Origin: Amoebidium appalachense | Taxonomy: Eukaryota > Protista > Ichthyosporea | Direction of reading: 5' to 3' | NCBI GenBank assembly: GCA_963693365.1 | Contig: CAVNZM010000001.1 | Span: 15,805,840-15,869,839 of the forward strand | Length of the DNA stretch: 64,000 bases | In this document: positions 25,294 to 63,091 of the stretch, one piece after another | How the letters are laid out: each line of letters begins with the position of its first letter | Position numbering within the stretch: position 1 is the first letter of the stretch | The notes under the pieces: generated by a model | What the model was told of the DNA's origin: nothing | What the model saw: only the letters and a program-made list of their open reading frames with translations | The model's database searches: none | Position numbers and translations under genes: made by a program

Positions 25294-26337
25294 GAGAGGT
25301 GTGTGTGTGTGTGTTTGTGTGTGTGTGTTTGTGTGTGTTTGCGTGCGCATGATATGGTATGCGCGTGTGAGTGGTAGGGAGTGGCTGTTGATAAACACTC
25401 TCCCCACGGCAACAGAAAGACATTTTCTTTGCAGCAACAACCAATTACATTTCACTACCGGCATACCAGTGATAAATAACGGTAAACAACCGTACGTAGG
25501 TATGGGAAGGCTGTACCTGTTGCTGTCGCGGTGTTGTTGTCGACGGTGATTTAGGGATTTATGAAATCACCATTCGTTAAAGTTGGAGTTGAAAGCAATT
25601 GTGTTCCTATTGCGTGGAAGTACACTGGAGTGCCTTGTATTCTTTCTTCACCAGAACACAATGGAAATGAAAACGTACGTTGACTTTCTCGTTTTGGTGA
25701 ATTGGTCCGTGCCCTTCAACCTTTTGTATGGCTGGTACTACATGCAGTTTCCCGTAGACTCCATGTGTGTCACTTTTGAAATATACCGACCATGTGCCGG
25801 CACCCCATCGATCTGTAAGATTGAAACAGTTGGGGAACTTAAGCGTTCCTGTTGCTAAACAGTAATGCTTCGGGTTTTTCAGTTGAATTGGAGAGAGAGA
25901 AGGTAAATACCCTCTGAAATCGGTATGTAGTGCCATCAATTCTCCACCGTCAGCTGCCATGCTGAAACCGGATAGACTTTGAACTGAATGCGATCGCTAC
26001 GTTTTGTAGTTGGTGTATATATGCCAGAATAATAATTTATGACAGTTGCGGTTAAAGAGGGGACTGTGCGTGTTGTTTTTTTGGAGATTTGTGACTCGTT
26101 TACATATCTGAATAAAGATTTTTTATTTTCAGCTGGAATCTGAATTGTGGGACTCATCGGCCGTTGCTGTTTTCCCCTTATACCTTGCTCTTCCCTTGTT
26201 GTTTGATTGCTCGTGCTCTTCCCGTTGCTTGCTCTGTTTCCCTGATCCCTTTCGTTCCCTTCCATTGCTGTTCCCTTCTCTTACCCGTGGTTTTTTCTTC
26301 CCCATTCCCGTTCTGTTTAAGCTTTTGTGGTGTGTGT

Positions 26338-26426
<89 letters not shown>

Positions 26427-27082
26427 TTTTTTGTATGTGTGCGTGCGTGCATGCGTGCGTGTGATACTGTGGCAATTACCTGCAGACTGCCAGTCGTTGC
26501 AACTTGCGACACAATGGAGGTTTGTGTGCCAATCAGATTATTGCACGTGGAATACACTTGCATGTGTTTCGGAGTATAGGTGTGTGTGTGTGTGTGTCTG
26601 TGTGTGTGTACGGAGTGTGCACGTGTGTACGCGTGCGTATGTGTGTGTGTGTGTGGGTACGCACGTGTGTTTGTGTGTGTGTAGATTGTAGCTGTCCCCC
26701 TCCTCCCCCCTCCCCCCCCCCCCCCCTCCCCTTTGGTATTTATATCCGTCGATATCTCTCAAGCCATTAGCCCGGCAAGGTTAGGCTGAAACATCCATTA
26801 GCTTCCCAGTTGGTGAGTAGGAAGTATGGATCCCCCCCCCCCCTCCCCCCCCCTCCCCTCGGGGCCCCTGTTCCCCGCTTAGAGCAGGCCACGGAAATGA
26901 GGTGTGTACGTGTGTATGTGTGTACGGGCACGTGTGTGTGTGTGTGTGCATGTGTGTGTATGTGTGTGCGTGGGTGCGTGTGTAGGGGAACAATTTGGTT
27001 CATAGGTAGAAGGGGAAAGTTGTGTGTCGGTGTGTGTGTGTGTGTGTGTGTCTGTGTGTGTGTACGGTGTGTGTGTGTGTGT

Positions 27083-27153
<71 letters not shown>

Positions 27154-27418
27154 CGTGTGTGTGTGTGTGTACGTATCGGGGTCACGGTCTGTACACGTGT
27201 GTGTGTGTGTGTGTGTGTGTACGCGTGTGTACGTGTGTATGCCGTGTGTTTCAGAGAGCCAATGAAACTTTCCCAACTTTAGCATGTCTGGATTGTAGCT
27301 GTCATGTCCCCCCCCCCCCCCCCTCCCCCTCTCCCCCCCTCCCCCTCCCCTCCCCCCCCCCCCCCCCCCCGCGCGCTCCCTGCCGAGAGCAGGCCAAATG
27401 AGTTGCGCGCGCGCGTGC

Positions 27419-27557
<139 letters not shown>

Positions 27558-27727
27558 TGATGGTGGTGGTGGTGATAGTGATGGTGGTGGTAGTGGTTTG
27601 AGGGGAGGGGGAGGGAGGGAGGGGAAAGAGCTGTTGATAAACACTCTCCCCACGGAAACAGAATGACTTTTTCTTTGCAGATGGGTGGCTATGTGCTTTT
27701 AGACACATGTCCAAAACAGAAATTGTG

Positions 27728-28110
27728 GAGTGGGGGTTCCACTCTCTTTGTACCGTGTGGGCATGTTTCATCCACTACGTGTACACCATTGAAAATTCAG
27801 AGTGGGTTTGCACTCTTTTGTACCGTGTGGGCATGTTTTTCCCATCACGTGTACACCATTGAATCAGGTTTTCTGAGTGGAGAATCCACTGTTTTGTACC
27901 GTGTGGGCATGTTTTTCCCATCACGCGTACACCAGTTTGTACCGTGTGGGTATGTCTTCCCATCACGCGTACACTACTTTGTACCGTGTGGGTATGTCTT
28001 CCCATCACGCGTACGCCATTTTGTACCGTGTGGGTATATCTTCCCATCACACGTACACCATTGAATCAAGGTTTGTGAGTGGGGATTCCACTCTGTTTGT
28101 ACCGTGTCCA
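27728..28110. repeat. Minisatellite of hairpin-forming units downstream of the Helitron ORF
   Basis: TTGTACCGTGT core at 27748, 27818, 27894, 27937, 27979, 28021 and 28097 (periods 42-43 or 70-76 bp). Confidence 0.9.
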
Positions 28111-28177
28111 CAACGTGTACAAATCATATTCACGAGATATAGGAGAAAGAGAAGAATGTCTGAGGGAGAGAGAGAGA

Positions 28178-28259
<82 letters not shown>

Positions 28260-28266
28260 AGAGAGC

Positions 28267-28299
<33 letters not shown>

Positions 28300-28397
28300 T
28301 AGGAGGGGGAGAGGAGGAGGAGTGGTACATACACACGTGCGCGCACGTACACTCACACACACACATACACGCACACACACACACACACGCACGCACA

Positions 28398-28480
<83 letters not shown>

Positions 28481-28817
28481 ACAAATACCAACACTCATAC
28501 ACACACGCATACACTCACACAAGCATGGATCACAGGCACGCATACACGGACAGCATACACACGCACACACACACACACACACACACACCTTCTACCACCT
28601 ACACACTCATGCACTCACCTATGAACGACCCTGCCCCTTCCCCCCTTGCCTTTTCCTTCGTCCCTCCCCCCTCCCCCTTCCCCCCCTCCTCCAAGAAAAA
28701 AAAAAAAAGAAAAAAGAAAAAAAAGAGTGAGGTACGCTTTCCCACCCACCCATCCACTATCCTACCCAATTATTCACCCACCTATGGCTATTAGACTGAC
28801 TTGTTCCAGTAATGTAT

Positions 28818-44009
<15,192 letters not shown>

Positions 44010-44093
44010 GAAGAAAAATCTCCCTGAAACCTCCTTCAGTGAATTGTTCGGCAAAATGACGTGTGTCTAGTTGACTATGACTAGTACAACTTG

Positions 44094-45632
<1,539 letters not shown>

Positions 45633-45842
45633 AAGAAGCGAGCGCTTTTGATTCGCTGAAACATAAGAAGCGAGCGCTTTGATTCGCTGAAACATGTTCC
45701 AGCCAATCAGACTCAAACTGGGTCGCCGCGTTCTCCGATTGCTATGGATACTGGCACCCGATTGGCTGTACATTCTTTTTTTTTCTCACTCTTGGCATCT
45801 CACGTGAGACCCGCTCTCCCCTTCCCCCAAACCCCTATCCCC

Positions 45843-45942
45843 AATAAGCCCAATCTCCCTGACAGGAAACCTGTCACTGAAGGAGATTGGGTTTATTCCC
45901 AATCTCCCTGACAGGAAACCTGTCACTGAAGGAGATTGGGAA
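45843..45942. other. Two tandem identical 43-bp stem-loops
   Basis: cccaatctccctgacaggaaacctgtcactgaaggagattggg at 45849-45891 and 45898-45940; outer stem cccaatctcc/ggagattggg, inner stem tgacagg/cctgtca. Confidence 0.85.
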
Positions 45943-47882
45943 CTATTTTTAGTTACGCATTTATCCCACAGTTCTAGCTGCAGCAACGCTAGTGGGAAGT
46001 GAGCACAGCTCACTTTAACAACACCAGCCGGGACACATACACAAACATAAAGACTTGAAAGGGAAAACCCTATGCCCAGGACGCTGACCCGAACCGTGGC
46101 CGGTGACTCGAATTGATCTCCCGGGCACGTCAGAGAGCCGGTGCTGTTCATGACGTCAGGTCTTGCGGCCGGATGATAACAAATTGGTGTTGTTGCTTGA
46201 CGTGGTCTGGGGTGATGGCTACTAGTGATCACTAGGGGGCGGCCAGACCGGTGGACCGTCGAGCAGACAAAAATCGGAAGTAATCAGGATCGATCCTGCG
46301 ACTCGAAGCTTGACACGCAGAGATCTTACCATTGCACCAACCCGTCCCCTAAAAAAAATAAACACGAATAGCCTGATCACAATTGCAAGCAAGAAGTGCA
46401 CGGGTGCATGCGTAGTTGGTTGTACATATACGGTCACGGAAAACAAGAGGATTTTTTTTATAAAAAACACTGCATCTGTCACATCACAGGTGTACGGTAC
46501 CATGCTCATATATAATCATGCCATCAGCACCCTCAGTTGCAAGTGACATGACACACGACATAAGTTCTGCATATGCAGCCAGTGGTGCAGCTGTACCGAT
46601 GTATCATACGTATGTTATGATCACACGTGTGTGTGACGCTTCCTGCTTTGAATAAAGTCGCAGTGTGCACTGATTTACTTACGTCGAAACGGTGACATGT
46701 ACATGCATGCTATGACGTTCTCAAAAACTCACGCTACCAACAAACACTGCATGTATCGCTTGTCATGAAGTTCAGGGCGCCCTGTTCATTCACTGTCAGA
46801 GTGAAGTTCAGTGAACGTCGTGATCGTCTGTTTATGTACCCGGATTCAGGAATCCAAGTCACGCAGCAAGTGATGTTTGATTGGGCCACACACTATTGAA
46901 CAAAAATCTCCCAATACTCCGTCTGTGTGCATGGTGTTGTGTACATTGTAACATCGCTTCTACTTTCGCATGAATGCAACATTTAAATATCATGTAACTG
47001 AGTTCTAGCATGTCACAACTCCTTGTGAAACGCAGAGTTTTGGGCTTTTTGAAGGCAGGAAGATGCCATCCTCCCCTGAAAATCACCCGAGACCCAGCCA
47101 GCATTCCATTTGAAGCCGATGGCATTTACGATTTAGCCTCTAGTGGCCCTTTACATTGTATGATTGGATTACATTCAAGTTAAACATTGTTAAAGCACTT
47201 TAAACATTTTTTTAGCTTGACTAAGTTTTTGTTTCATTGCCTACAGATGGCACTGTTGATTTATCCCCTTGGAATGCGGTGTCTCTGCCCTTGGCTTTCC
47301 GCCAGTGTGCCCAATGGGCGGGCCGCCCCGTCATGATCACAGCACGTTGGCTTGAAAGAAAACGAAAAATAAGAAGTTGAACTGGAAAGTGATGATGCAT
47401 TATAGTCTTTCCCTCGTTGCTTTAGGACCAATATAAATTAGTACTGTTGTTTTTACGTGCCTTTCTGTTTTGTGTCTTGGATGCTCTTCTCCAGTTTTTT
47501 TTTTTAATGACCTTCCTACACGCGAAGTTTTACCACACAACCAAACCTTCTATCCTCAGGCACGCTTATACGTACGGGTAACACGCAAAAACCTGGGTGT
47601 CAAGTATCTTTACATACGTAAGCAGCACCCTCTTTTTTATAAATACACTACACACTTAAACCCAACGTTTCTAATGCGTCACGTACGCGCACACAGGTTT
47701 TTTTTAATCCCCAAATCAAGCTTTTTTAGGGGGGGAAGGACCGGGTTTCACCCTTCAACCAGTAACACACCTCGTACTGCTATGTTTTTTCAACACACAA
47801 ACACACACGAAGAAAAACAGCCGTCGTAGTCGCTTTAGCGCGACCACCGAAAGGTGGTTCTCGCTCACATCCATCCATTAAC

Positions 47883-54567
<6,685 letters not shown>

Positions 54568-56464
54568 TGGGATTATTTACGTGACTGTTTTTTTGGTGAG
54601 GGTACGCCGGTCTTTCTGTGCTTCGTTCTCTAGTTTTAGTAGTTTATACTGGGGGGTTTTCCGTGTGTGTTGTGTGATGGGGACGGGGGGGGGGGGGGGG
54701 GGGGGGGGGGAGGGGCGGGGGGATTGACTAGGATTAGCACCTGTCGACTTCGAGGTTTTTTTTTTTACACATAGGCAGTGCTCTACATTTTGCATCAGCA
54801 TAGCAAGCAGGTGTCATGCACCATGCAAACACAGACAATGGCACGGATACCACGAGGCAAAACACTTGCACACGGTAACACACAACCGTGATTGTAATAC
54901 CTCCAATCCATTACTATGTATGGTCTGTGTGCTCCGAACGGATTTTCGGTGTTTTTTTGTAAGTTGATGGCAGGGGTTTGCCGCTGAGATGCATGACAGA
55001 TATGCCTCATAACCCATAGATTGTGCACCCACGGGTCGTTGTAGATTCCAGTAAGAGGAGAGGTTTGCAGAGCAGTCGGATATATCTCGTCCGATATCCA
55101 TAAGCTATAGAAGAAACATAATGGGCAACTAGCCGGACATCTAGTCCAACATCCATAAGTTGTAGCAGTAACGATTAGTCGGTTATCTAGCCCAAGGTTG
55201 CAAGGATATATCACACCGTGTGTGGTAGTCAAAGACAAACACACAGCAATGTTGGAGATATGTCCCCCCCCCTCCCCTGCAGTGCACTAAAGGATCTTTT
55301 TTTTAACTTTTTAGTTGACGCCAATCATCTGCAAGGCTCACTATTTTGAACCAATCAGCTCAATGTAAACAATTCCCACCAATCGCGAACTTCGATTCAT
55401 GAACTAATCAAGCAAGGACAAAGAACACCTGAACACGCACACACGCGTGCTCGCCAGTGGGCCACAGACACGGGAATCGCGAAAAAATATTTATAAGAAG
55501 ACGATATCAATGGCCACAAAGACTATTCACTAATGGTGAGGTGGAATCCATTGTATGACCACTGTATGCAGTAATAATACCACCAAATTTATCAATCAGC
55601 ACACAAGTATCATTGGCAGCTTGCGCATGCAGCAGCGTAATATACTATTATCATGAGACATATGCATACACGTAGTACATGCACAAACATACGGACTCCG
55701 GAGGCGCTTTCAAACTGAGGCACGGGGTGGCAAAGTGTACGTAAACGGTACCTGATATCTGGTCACTAAGTCACCTGCAGATACTATATACACGTCCTGG
55801 CATCCGCTTTTCTTCTCAGTGGGCAAGGTGTTGCCTTTTGTAAGCTTTTGCACGAATCCACCTTCCCCTAAGGCTTACGAAAGGTGAAAAGTTGGTGAAG
55901 ATAATTTACGTCACGTTTAAAATTGTTTCTGCCTATTGATTTTCCGAACATAACTCTGGAGCCCAGGTTCTATGCACGACTATATAGGGCCAAAAAGTAA
56001 CCTATGTTGGGGGTGGCCTTTTAAAAAGCACAAAACAGCGCGTTTTCAGTCACATCACACATTCTCTTCTTTGGTGTGGTACCACCATCTACACCCATAG
56101 ATATTACCTTATCCCTATTACAAATCGTGTGCGATTAATAACAAAAGCCCCAATCACCACCTATGGTTGCCAACTACGTATACAGCGAACACCGTGCCTA
56201 TTTATGCTAGTGAACAAACGGTTGATTCTCTCATAAATATAATCCGTGAATGACTTTGCAGTACCACTCTAAACAACACACAACCGTTAAACGCCTCCAT
56301 ATTTTCTCGAATCACTGACCCATGCCTTGTTTAGTTACAATGGAACACTTAGCAGTGACTCCCATAGAAACAGACCATGACGTGGGCAACCGTGGCCCAA
56401 CGCCTCCCTCATCGGAGTTTCTGCAGCCCCTCTACTACCCACCTTTAAGGCGAGAGCTGGTTGG

Positions 56465-57137
56465 ATGGGGCGGACGGACGGTGCAGCAACATACGACAGA
56501 CAACGAGGTAAAGAAAATCCACTGAGTTATGATGTGCAATCATTGCACCCCCTTTTTTTTTGGCCAGTGCGTGTCTGGATGTGGGTATGCGTGGTGTTGG
56601 GGGAAAGGCGATGGGGTGGGGTGGGTTAAGAGGAAGAGGAAATAGAAGGGGAGGGGAGGGGGGGGGGGGGGGGGAAGGATTTCCACGCTCAATTTTCGGG
56701 GTAGGCCTGTGTGCCCTTTTTGGGCAAACAATGCTTTCCAATCACTAAGGCTCACGTGTCTAAGGACGTTCATGTTCTGGAAATCCTCTCTTACACCTCC
56801 CCCCTTCTTCCCCCCCCCCCCCCCCCCCCGCAACACACACACACACACCTTCCCCTCCCCTCTCCCCCCCGGAGACTACCCTTGCATCTCCCCCCCCCCC
56901 CCCCCCCCCCCCTCCTCCCCCCCCCCCTCCCCCCACCCCCCCTTCCCCCCAAATCCGCCCTTATCTCCCATTCACTTCCCAAAACCCAGACTTTCTGAGT
57001 CTCCCCCTTCCCACCAATTGTATATTCCATAAAATGCCAATCCCTTTTCCTTCTTCCAAAACCAAAGAAAAAAGATATTCATTATTGAGTGAAACGGTGG
57101 GGAAACAAATGCAGCAGGATACCGGCACAAGCACAAG

Positions 57138-57185
<48 letters not shown>

Positions 57186-57467
57186 ACACTTAACACACAC
57201 ACATTTCAATGCACACAGCCACACAACATCATGTACCCCCCCCCACCACCTCCCCCCCCCCCCCCCCCCCCCCCACACACACACACAAACAAGCCCGGCT
57301 GGTGCGCGTACACACATGCGTGTGCGCTTGAATGGCAGAGTGGGAATAGAGGAGAAACGACCCCCCCCCCCCCCCTCCCCCTCCCCCCTTCCCCCCCCCC
57401 CCCCCCCCCTCCCCAGAAAAAAATCCCCGGCCCCCCCAACTGCGTGCCCACCCTAACCGATCCCCCC

Positions 57468-57499
<32 letters not shown>

Positions 57500-58533
57500 C
57501 CCCCTCCCTCTCCCTCAAAAAAAATAATAAAAAAAGAAAAGAAAAGAAAACCCCGAATCCCAAAGCCCACTAAACCAAATGCTCACACAGAGGCCTCCCC
57601 GTACATGGACACCAGACCCCAGCCAACACACTCGGTGATACAAAGCATCGAATCGATGATCCCCGAACTGGACACGGAGGATTTTCGTTCCTGTCCCCGA
57701 AATAATGCCTACGCGATGCACAACCGACCACACAGCGCGCCAAACCATGGTTTCTTTAACAATAACCACGAAAACCAATCAAATCACCACTTTAGGTCGC
57801 CCCCCTATCAAAACGCGCTGCGGCTATTCAACATGTACGCTCAACAACCGTCGGACCCGATTAAACGCGAATGGCTAAATAAAGCTTTGCTATTGGACGA
57901 CGTAATGCCGCCGTACCGCGACGGCGAATTGGATTACGGCTCAATTATCCACGCTGTTGCATCATCCAGCCCATTTCCCTCCCCTGATTATCAAATTTTA
58001 CGCAGGGCTTCAGATCCCTCCCGCACATATAACCGGAGCAAAAGTGTGGATTCCACACTGAGTTCCCCCCGTACCGATTCAGGTGCTGCGCGGGGGGACT
58101 CAAAGCGCTGTTGAAATTTGAAATTTGGAGATCGGGGCTCATTCCGATGGGCCTGAAGTTGAACTGGCGGTAGATAAAAAAGGGCACACGAGACGCTACT
58201 TCAGGGATGAAATACAGAGTAGTCCCGATCAGAGGGGGTCTAGCATGAATTTGCGTGAAATTTCGCAGTGCAAGGTTGAACCGGATTCGCCAAAAGATGC
58301 CACCTCACCTGATTCGACCGTGGTTGGCCGACCCAATGCTTCGAGGCCGAAAAGACCAAAAAAGGAAAGAATCTGTAGCCACTGTAAGGTGGGTTGGATC
58401 GCAGGCCGGGACATTAGACCCCCCTCACCAAATTTCCTCTGACATTATAACGTGTTAGTGTTTTTATTTGCACTCAGATATCCCTCTTTGATATATCAAT
58501 CCATCTATTGTTGTTTCTCTTTTTCTCAAGGAG

Positions 58534-58564
<31 letters not shown>

Positions 58565-59374
58565 AGGCAGGTGGGGGGGGGGGGGGGGGGGAGGAGGGGG
58601 GGGGGGGGTTGCCATTAGTGAGCGTTCCAGGAAACAATAGCGCTTGATTGTTTGCCCCCCCCCCCCCCCCCCTCCCCCCCCTCTCGGTCCATGTATCCCC
58701 GAAGCCTCCAAATTTTCCTGCAGCACCACTCGGGCAGAGTACACACATGCACACTCTATTACGTCACGTCCACCCAGCTCACATGAGATCTAACCAATCA
58801 GGTGACCGAATCACCTGTGTGGCGGCGTGGGGGCAGAACGAGACGCTCTGCAATGCATGTGGCTCATTCCATCGGGCCCACGGGTCACACCGGCCCTTAA
58901 AGAGACAGATCGACGCCAACGATGATACCTCCGGCCCGAAATGTGCACACTGCCAGATTAAGATCCCTCCCCCCCCCCACCTCCCCCCCCCCCACTCCCC
59001 CCTCCCCCCCCGCACACCTAACCTCCCCAAACCTAAACCTCCCCCCCTATCCCCCTCAAAGCCCACCTCACACCAATCCCCTCAAGCCCACCTCACCCAC
59101 CCACCCCGGATCCCACCCGCACACCCCCACCACACACACACTTAGTCTCCCCTTTTCTTGCGGCTTTATGTAGGTAATACTGTACATTGCTATCCTCGAT
59201 TCTGAATCAGCACAACCTGCATGCCTGCGAACTGAAATTTGATGACCCCTGCCCCTCCCCCCCCCCCCCCCCCCCCCCTCCCCTCCCCCTTCTCCTCCTC
59301 ACTTTGGTTGTGTAGCACCATCTCCCTCTTTTCGCTGCCTCAACTCACCCCATTCTATCTCATCTTCCCCCTCG

Positions 59375-59411
<37 letters not shown>

Positions 59412-59786
59412 CTCCCTCCCTCCCTCCCGGCCGGTGGGGTCGTCTACCCCTCCTTCCCTCCTCTCCGTTCTCTCCTCCACTTATCTTTCCCACAACCACG
59501 CAACGCCATGCCCCCTCCCCCTCCCCCCCTCCCCCCCCCCCTCCCCCCCTCTCCCCCGGCGAGCCCCCAAAACACCCAACACCTGTACTAACAGACCCGT
59601 CAAACGAGTGTGTGGCGCAAGTATGGGGACGAAAAAGTGTGCAACGCATGTGCGCTTTATCTACGCCTAAATAAGGTGATGCGACCGTTACGGCTGGAGA
59701 GCGGAGCGAAAATGGTCTGCAAACGCCGGGCGTCTTCTGCGGTAAAACGGGAAACGAAACCGAAAATCAAATTTCAAAAGGAATAA
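56465..59786 (+). CDS. Two-finger GATA zinc-finger transcription factor; 5' exon and some junctions uncertain
   Basis: Model 56465-56507, 57591-58082, 58174-58388, 58802-58956, 59595-59786. Finger 1 CSHCK|VTESPVWRRG(G)QNETLCNACG needs +1 G in the run at 58829-58833. Finger 2 is CAHCQ|TRQTSVWRKYGDEKVCNACALYLRLNKVMRP. Confidence 0.8.
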
Positions 59787-60696
59787 ACAGAAATTGTGTT
59801 TTACGAGGTCAATATCGGTGTATAGTGACAAGAATCCGAGTCGTAATACGAATCTCCTGAAATTTGATCATCTTGTTGTATTGTTATTGTGTATGTTTGT
59901 GGGATTTAGCTCCTGCTTTCTTGGATTTAGCCCTAGCTCGAACAAAAAACCCTTGTATCTTTGAGTACGGTACAGATCTAATCTACGTTTGGAGAATTCG
60001 TTGTTCCCCCTTAGAACAAAGATGATTCTTGTATGTTTGAATAGTATGATTCAAACGTATAACGATTTCGTTGTTACCCCTTCGGAATTATTACAGTAAA
60101 CCACATGTTAAGTTATTTGACCCAGGCATTTTTTGTCTGGATTGCCTAAACACGATCACTTTCTTGTCCGTAATCGCTCGTATAAGTAATTACAGTGAAT
60201 TACAGTGTCTGGTCATCTATATACCTATTTTGTTACTTATTCAAGCGGACCGGGTGTTGCTAGTTCTCGGATATCACCAAACCATTAAAATGCTTGGGTG
60301 AACATCCTGGGTATACACCTTCCGGTCCACAATAGTTGCCAATTTTCGTCTCTGTATAATACACATTTTGTATTCCCAAAGGCTGCTTGCCTTCCGCGGT
60401 GTCTCTTGCATGGGTAGCTCCCCGCATGCATGTGTTGGAGGTGGCATGCAACCTTGCTCGAAGGCTCTAGTAATAATTTCCAGAGGAGCACTAAGATTGT
60501 GTTGGTGTCTGCAAATTACATTTGTCACTCGGCACAGCTAAAGTTCGCCCCCCCCCCCCCCCCCCCCTCCTCCCCCCCCCCCCCCCCCCCCCCCTCCTTT
60601 TTTTTTTTTTTGGCTCCCGCTGGTCCCCTTCGAGCTTCTCTCCCATCCCCCCCCCCCCCCCCCCCCCCCCCTGGTCCCCTTCGAGCTTCTCTCCCA

Positions 60697-60735
<39 letters not shown>

Positions 60736-61454
60736 CCCCTTCCTCCTCCCCCAGGGGTTCGCTCTACCCCCTGCATGGCAGCCCGTGTTCCTTTTCCGAT
60801 GTGACCCTACCAGAAGCTCACACGAGTTACAAGGGTGGGACATGAGGTTTCAACACGGAACAGGTGACTAATTAAGTCGGGCACACACAGTCGTGCTCGT
60901 AAGTGAGGGTCTTCACGGTGATTGGCTGAGTCTAGAAGGGACTGCCATATATGGTTATTGTGGGTTCAGCCTGCGACGGATCTTGAGAGAAAGCAGGGCT
61001 AATCGTACAGCAACAAAGCTGGTTATTAAAGGAGGTTTCTTTTAGACCGATTTATGGGCTCTTTCGGGTCAGGCCAAAGTGCTGTTTGATGCGCATCACG
61101 CCAGTCATAAAGCAGGGACAATGTCTTTTGGGTCTGACCCGACCCGGATCCGTAAAAGAAACCCTCCAGTAATAATCCTCATGGATCCCGTTGCATGGGA
61201 TTATGAGTCCGATTATTGGGTCTGATGGTGCTATGTTTATGGGCTGCAAGAAAGGAATAAAAACAGCAGATTTATAGAGTTGCAATAGGGAGAGACCACT
61301 GTGTCCAAGAGCCACGGCCCGGATGTGTGTGTGTGTGTGTGTGTTGGAGTGTGAGTCTTTGTGCGTGCGCGTGTGTGTACGTGCGTGTGTGTGTGAGTGA
61401 GTGTGTGCGTGTGCGTGTGCGCGCGTGTGTCAGTGTGTTGCGTCAGTGTGTTGC

Positions 61455-61486
<32 letters not shown>

Positions 61487-61564
61487 TGTGAGTGTGTGTG
61501 TGTGTGTGTACGTGTGTGTGTGTGTGTGTGTGTATACACGTGTGTGTGGTTGTTGTTGTTGTTG

Positions 61565-61595
<31 letters not shown>

Positions 61596-61681
61596 AGGGG
61601 GGGGGGAGGGAAGGGTACTCGCCTGGGCGCTGAGGTGGTGGTGTTGCTGTTGTTGATGGTGGTGGTGGTAGTGGTGGGGAT

Positions 61682-61718
<37 letters not shown>

Positions 61719-62492
61719 GAGGGGGATAGATAATGTTGGCCTAGATGAATTGGGTTCCTTTTCTCTGGCTGCACATGCACATCCACACGATAGTTTTGCT
61801 TTGGCCCTGGATAGACTGATTTAGTGAACATTTCCATTTTTGCACAACATTTGCGGGAACGTGAACACTTCTTCAATGGTAAGGTGTGTACAGCAACACG
61901 CTGTACTTATTACCTGCCTTCGAATATGCCATTCTTATCTTCCTTTTATTTTCGGTGTTTTTATTCGAAGAGTTTACCGACACTTGGTAGGCACATGCAT
62001 ACCTTGTAAACACACACATGCCATGTATCTCTTACGTGGGTCACGTTTGCATACACAAGTTCGAGACGGCTTGTGCATGCCCCGGTTCATTCAGAGTATT
62101 GCTGTAATCATCCCCCCCCCCCCCCCCCCCCCCCTCCCCTCCCCCTTCCTCCCCCCCCCCCCCCCCCCCCCCCTCCCCTCCCCCCTCCCCTCCCCCCCTC
62201 CCCCGGCGCCCGGAGGCAAAAAAAGGAGTAATAATAAATAACGATATCCAAACACCAAACAAACAGACACAGTCTGCATCTACGACACCCAACGCACAGC
62301 ACGTAAATCTTTCTCAACCACTAAGTTGCTAAGGCACATGCAAAGAGGGCAGTGTATGTTATCTGCCGCCTGGTATCGGAAACTAATGGAGTTTAAGTGT
62401 GCATGTCATTCACCGAATGTGTGTGCATTCACGTACACGAGCCGAGACCCGAGTGTACGTTTGTGACGTGGATCTGTGTGTGTACGTGTGTG

Positions 62493-62523
<31 letters not shown>

Positions 62524-63035
62524 TTTTTTTTTGGGGGGGGGGGGGGGGGATGAGACTTCAGTGAACAAAGAAACTATTAGAATGCATACCTAAGCAACTA
62601 TGCCACTGTAAACTCAGTTACACTTGCCCGTGGCCTCCATTTAAGCCTATTGTGCTGCGGCAAAATCGCCGGATCGATGGAAATCCTGTTGGTGAGAGCC
62701 CCGATTAGCATTTGATGCGATTAGAGAAAGAATGCTTTCTAGATGGTTCGGGAGGAATCTCGAGCATGTGGGAGACGTGATGTGTAAATGAAAGATGTAA
62801 GTTGACAAATGAAGGTCACGGCTGCACACGTTAGCGGGGACAAGGGTACATACACATCACACACACCATCAGGACACACACACACAAAAACAGACCCATG
62901 CACGGACACACACACAGACACACACACATGGCCGTCCACACGTACACACAAGCACCAGGCGGCACAAACAAGCATGTGCAAGCACCCTAACAACAACAAG
63001 AGCGCGCACACACAGGCATCGTACACAGGCACACA

Positions 63036-63091
<56 letters not shown>

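Noticed and set aside
27728-28110. CRISPR-like appearance of the regularly spaced repeat
   Set aside because: Intervening segments are similar to each other rather than unique spacers, no cas genes, eukaryotic context.
58083-58173. Premature stop making the GATA gene a pseudogene
   Set aside because: A 91-nt GT-AG intron at these coordinates removes the stops and restores frame, though it is unverified.
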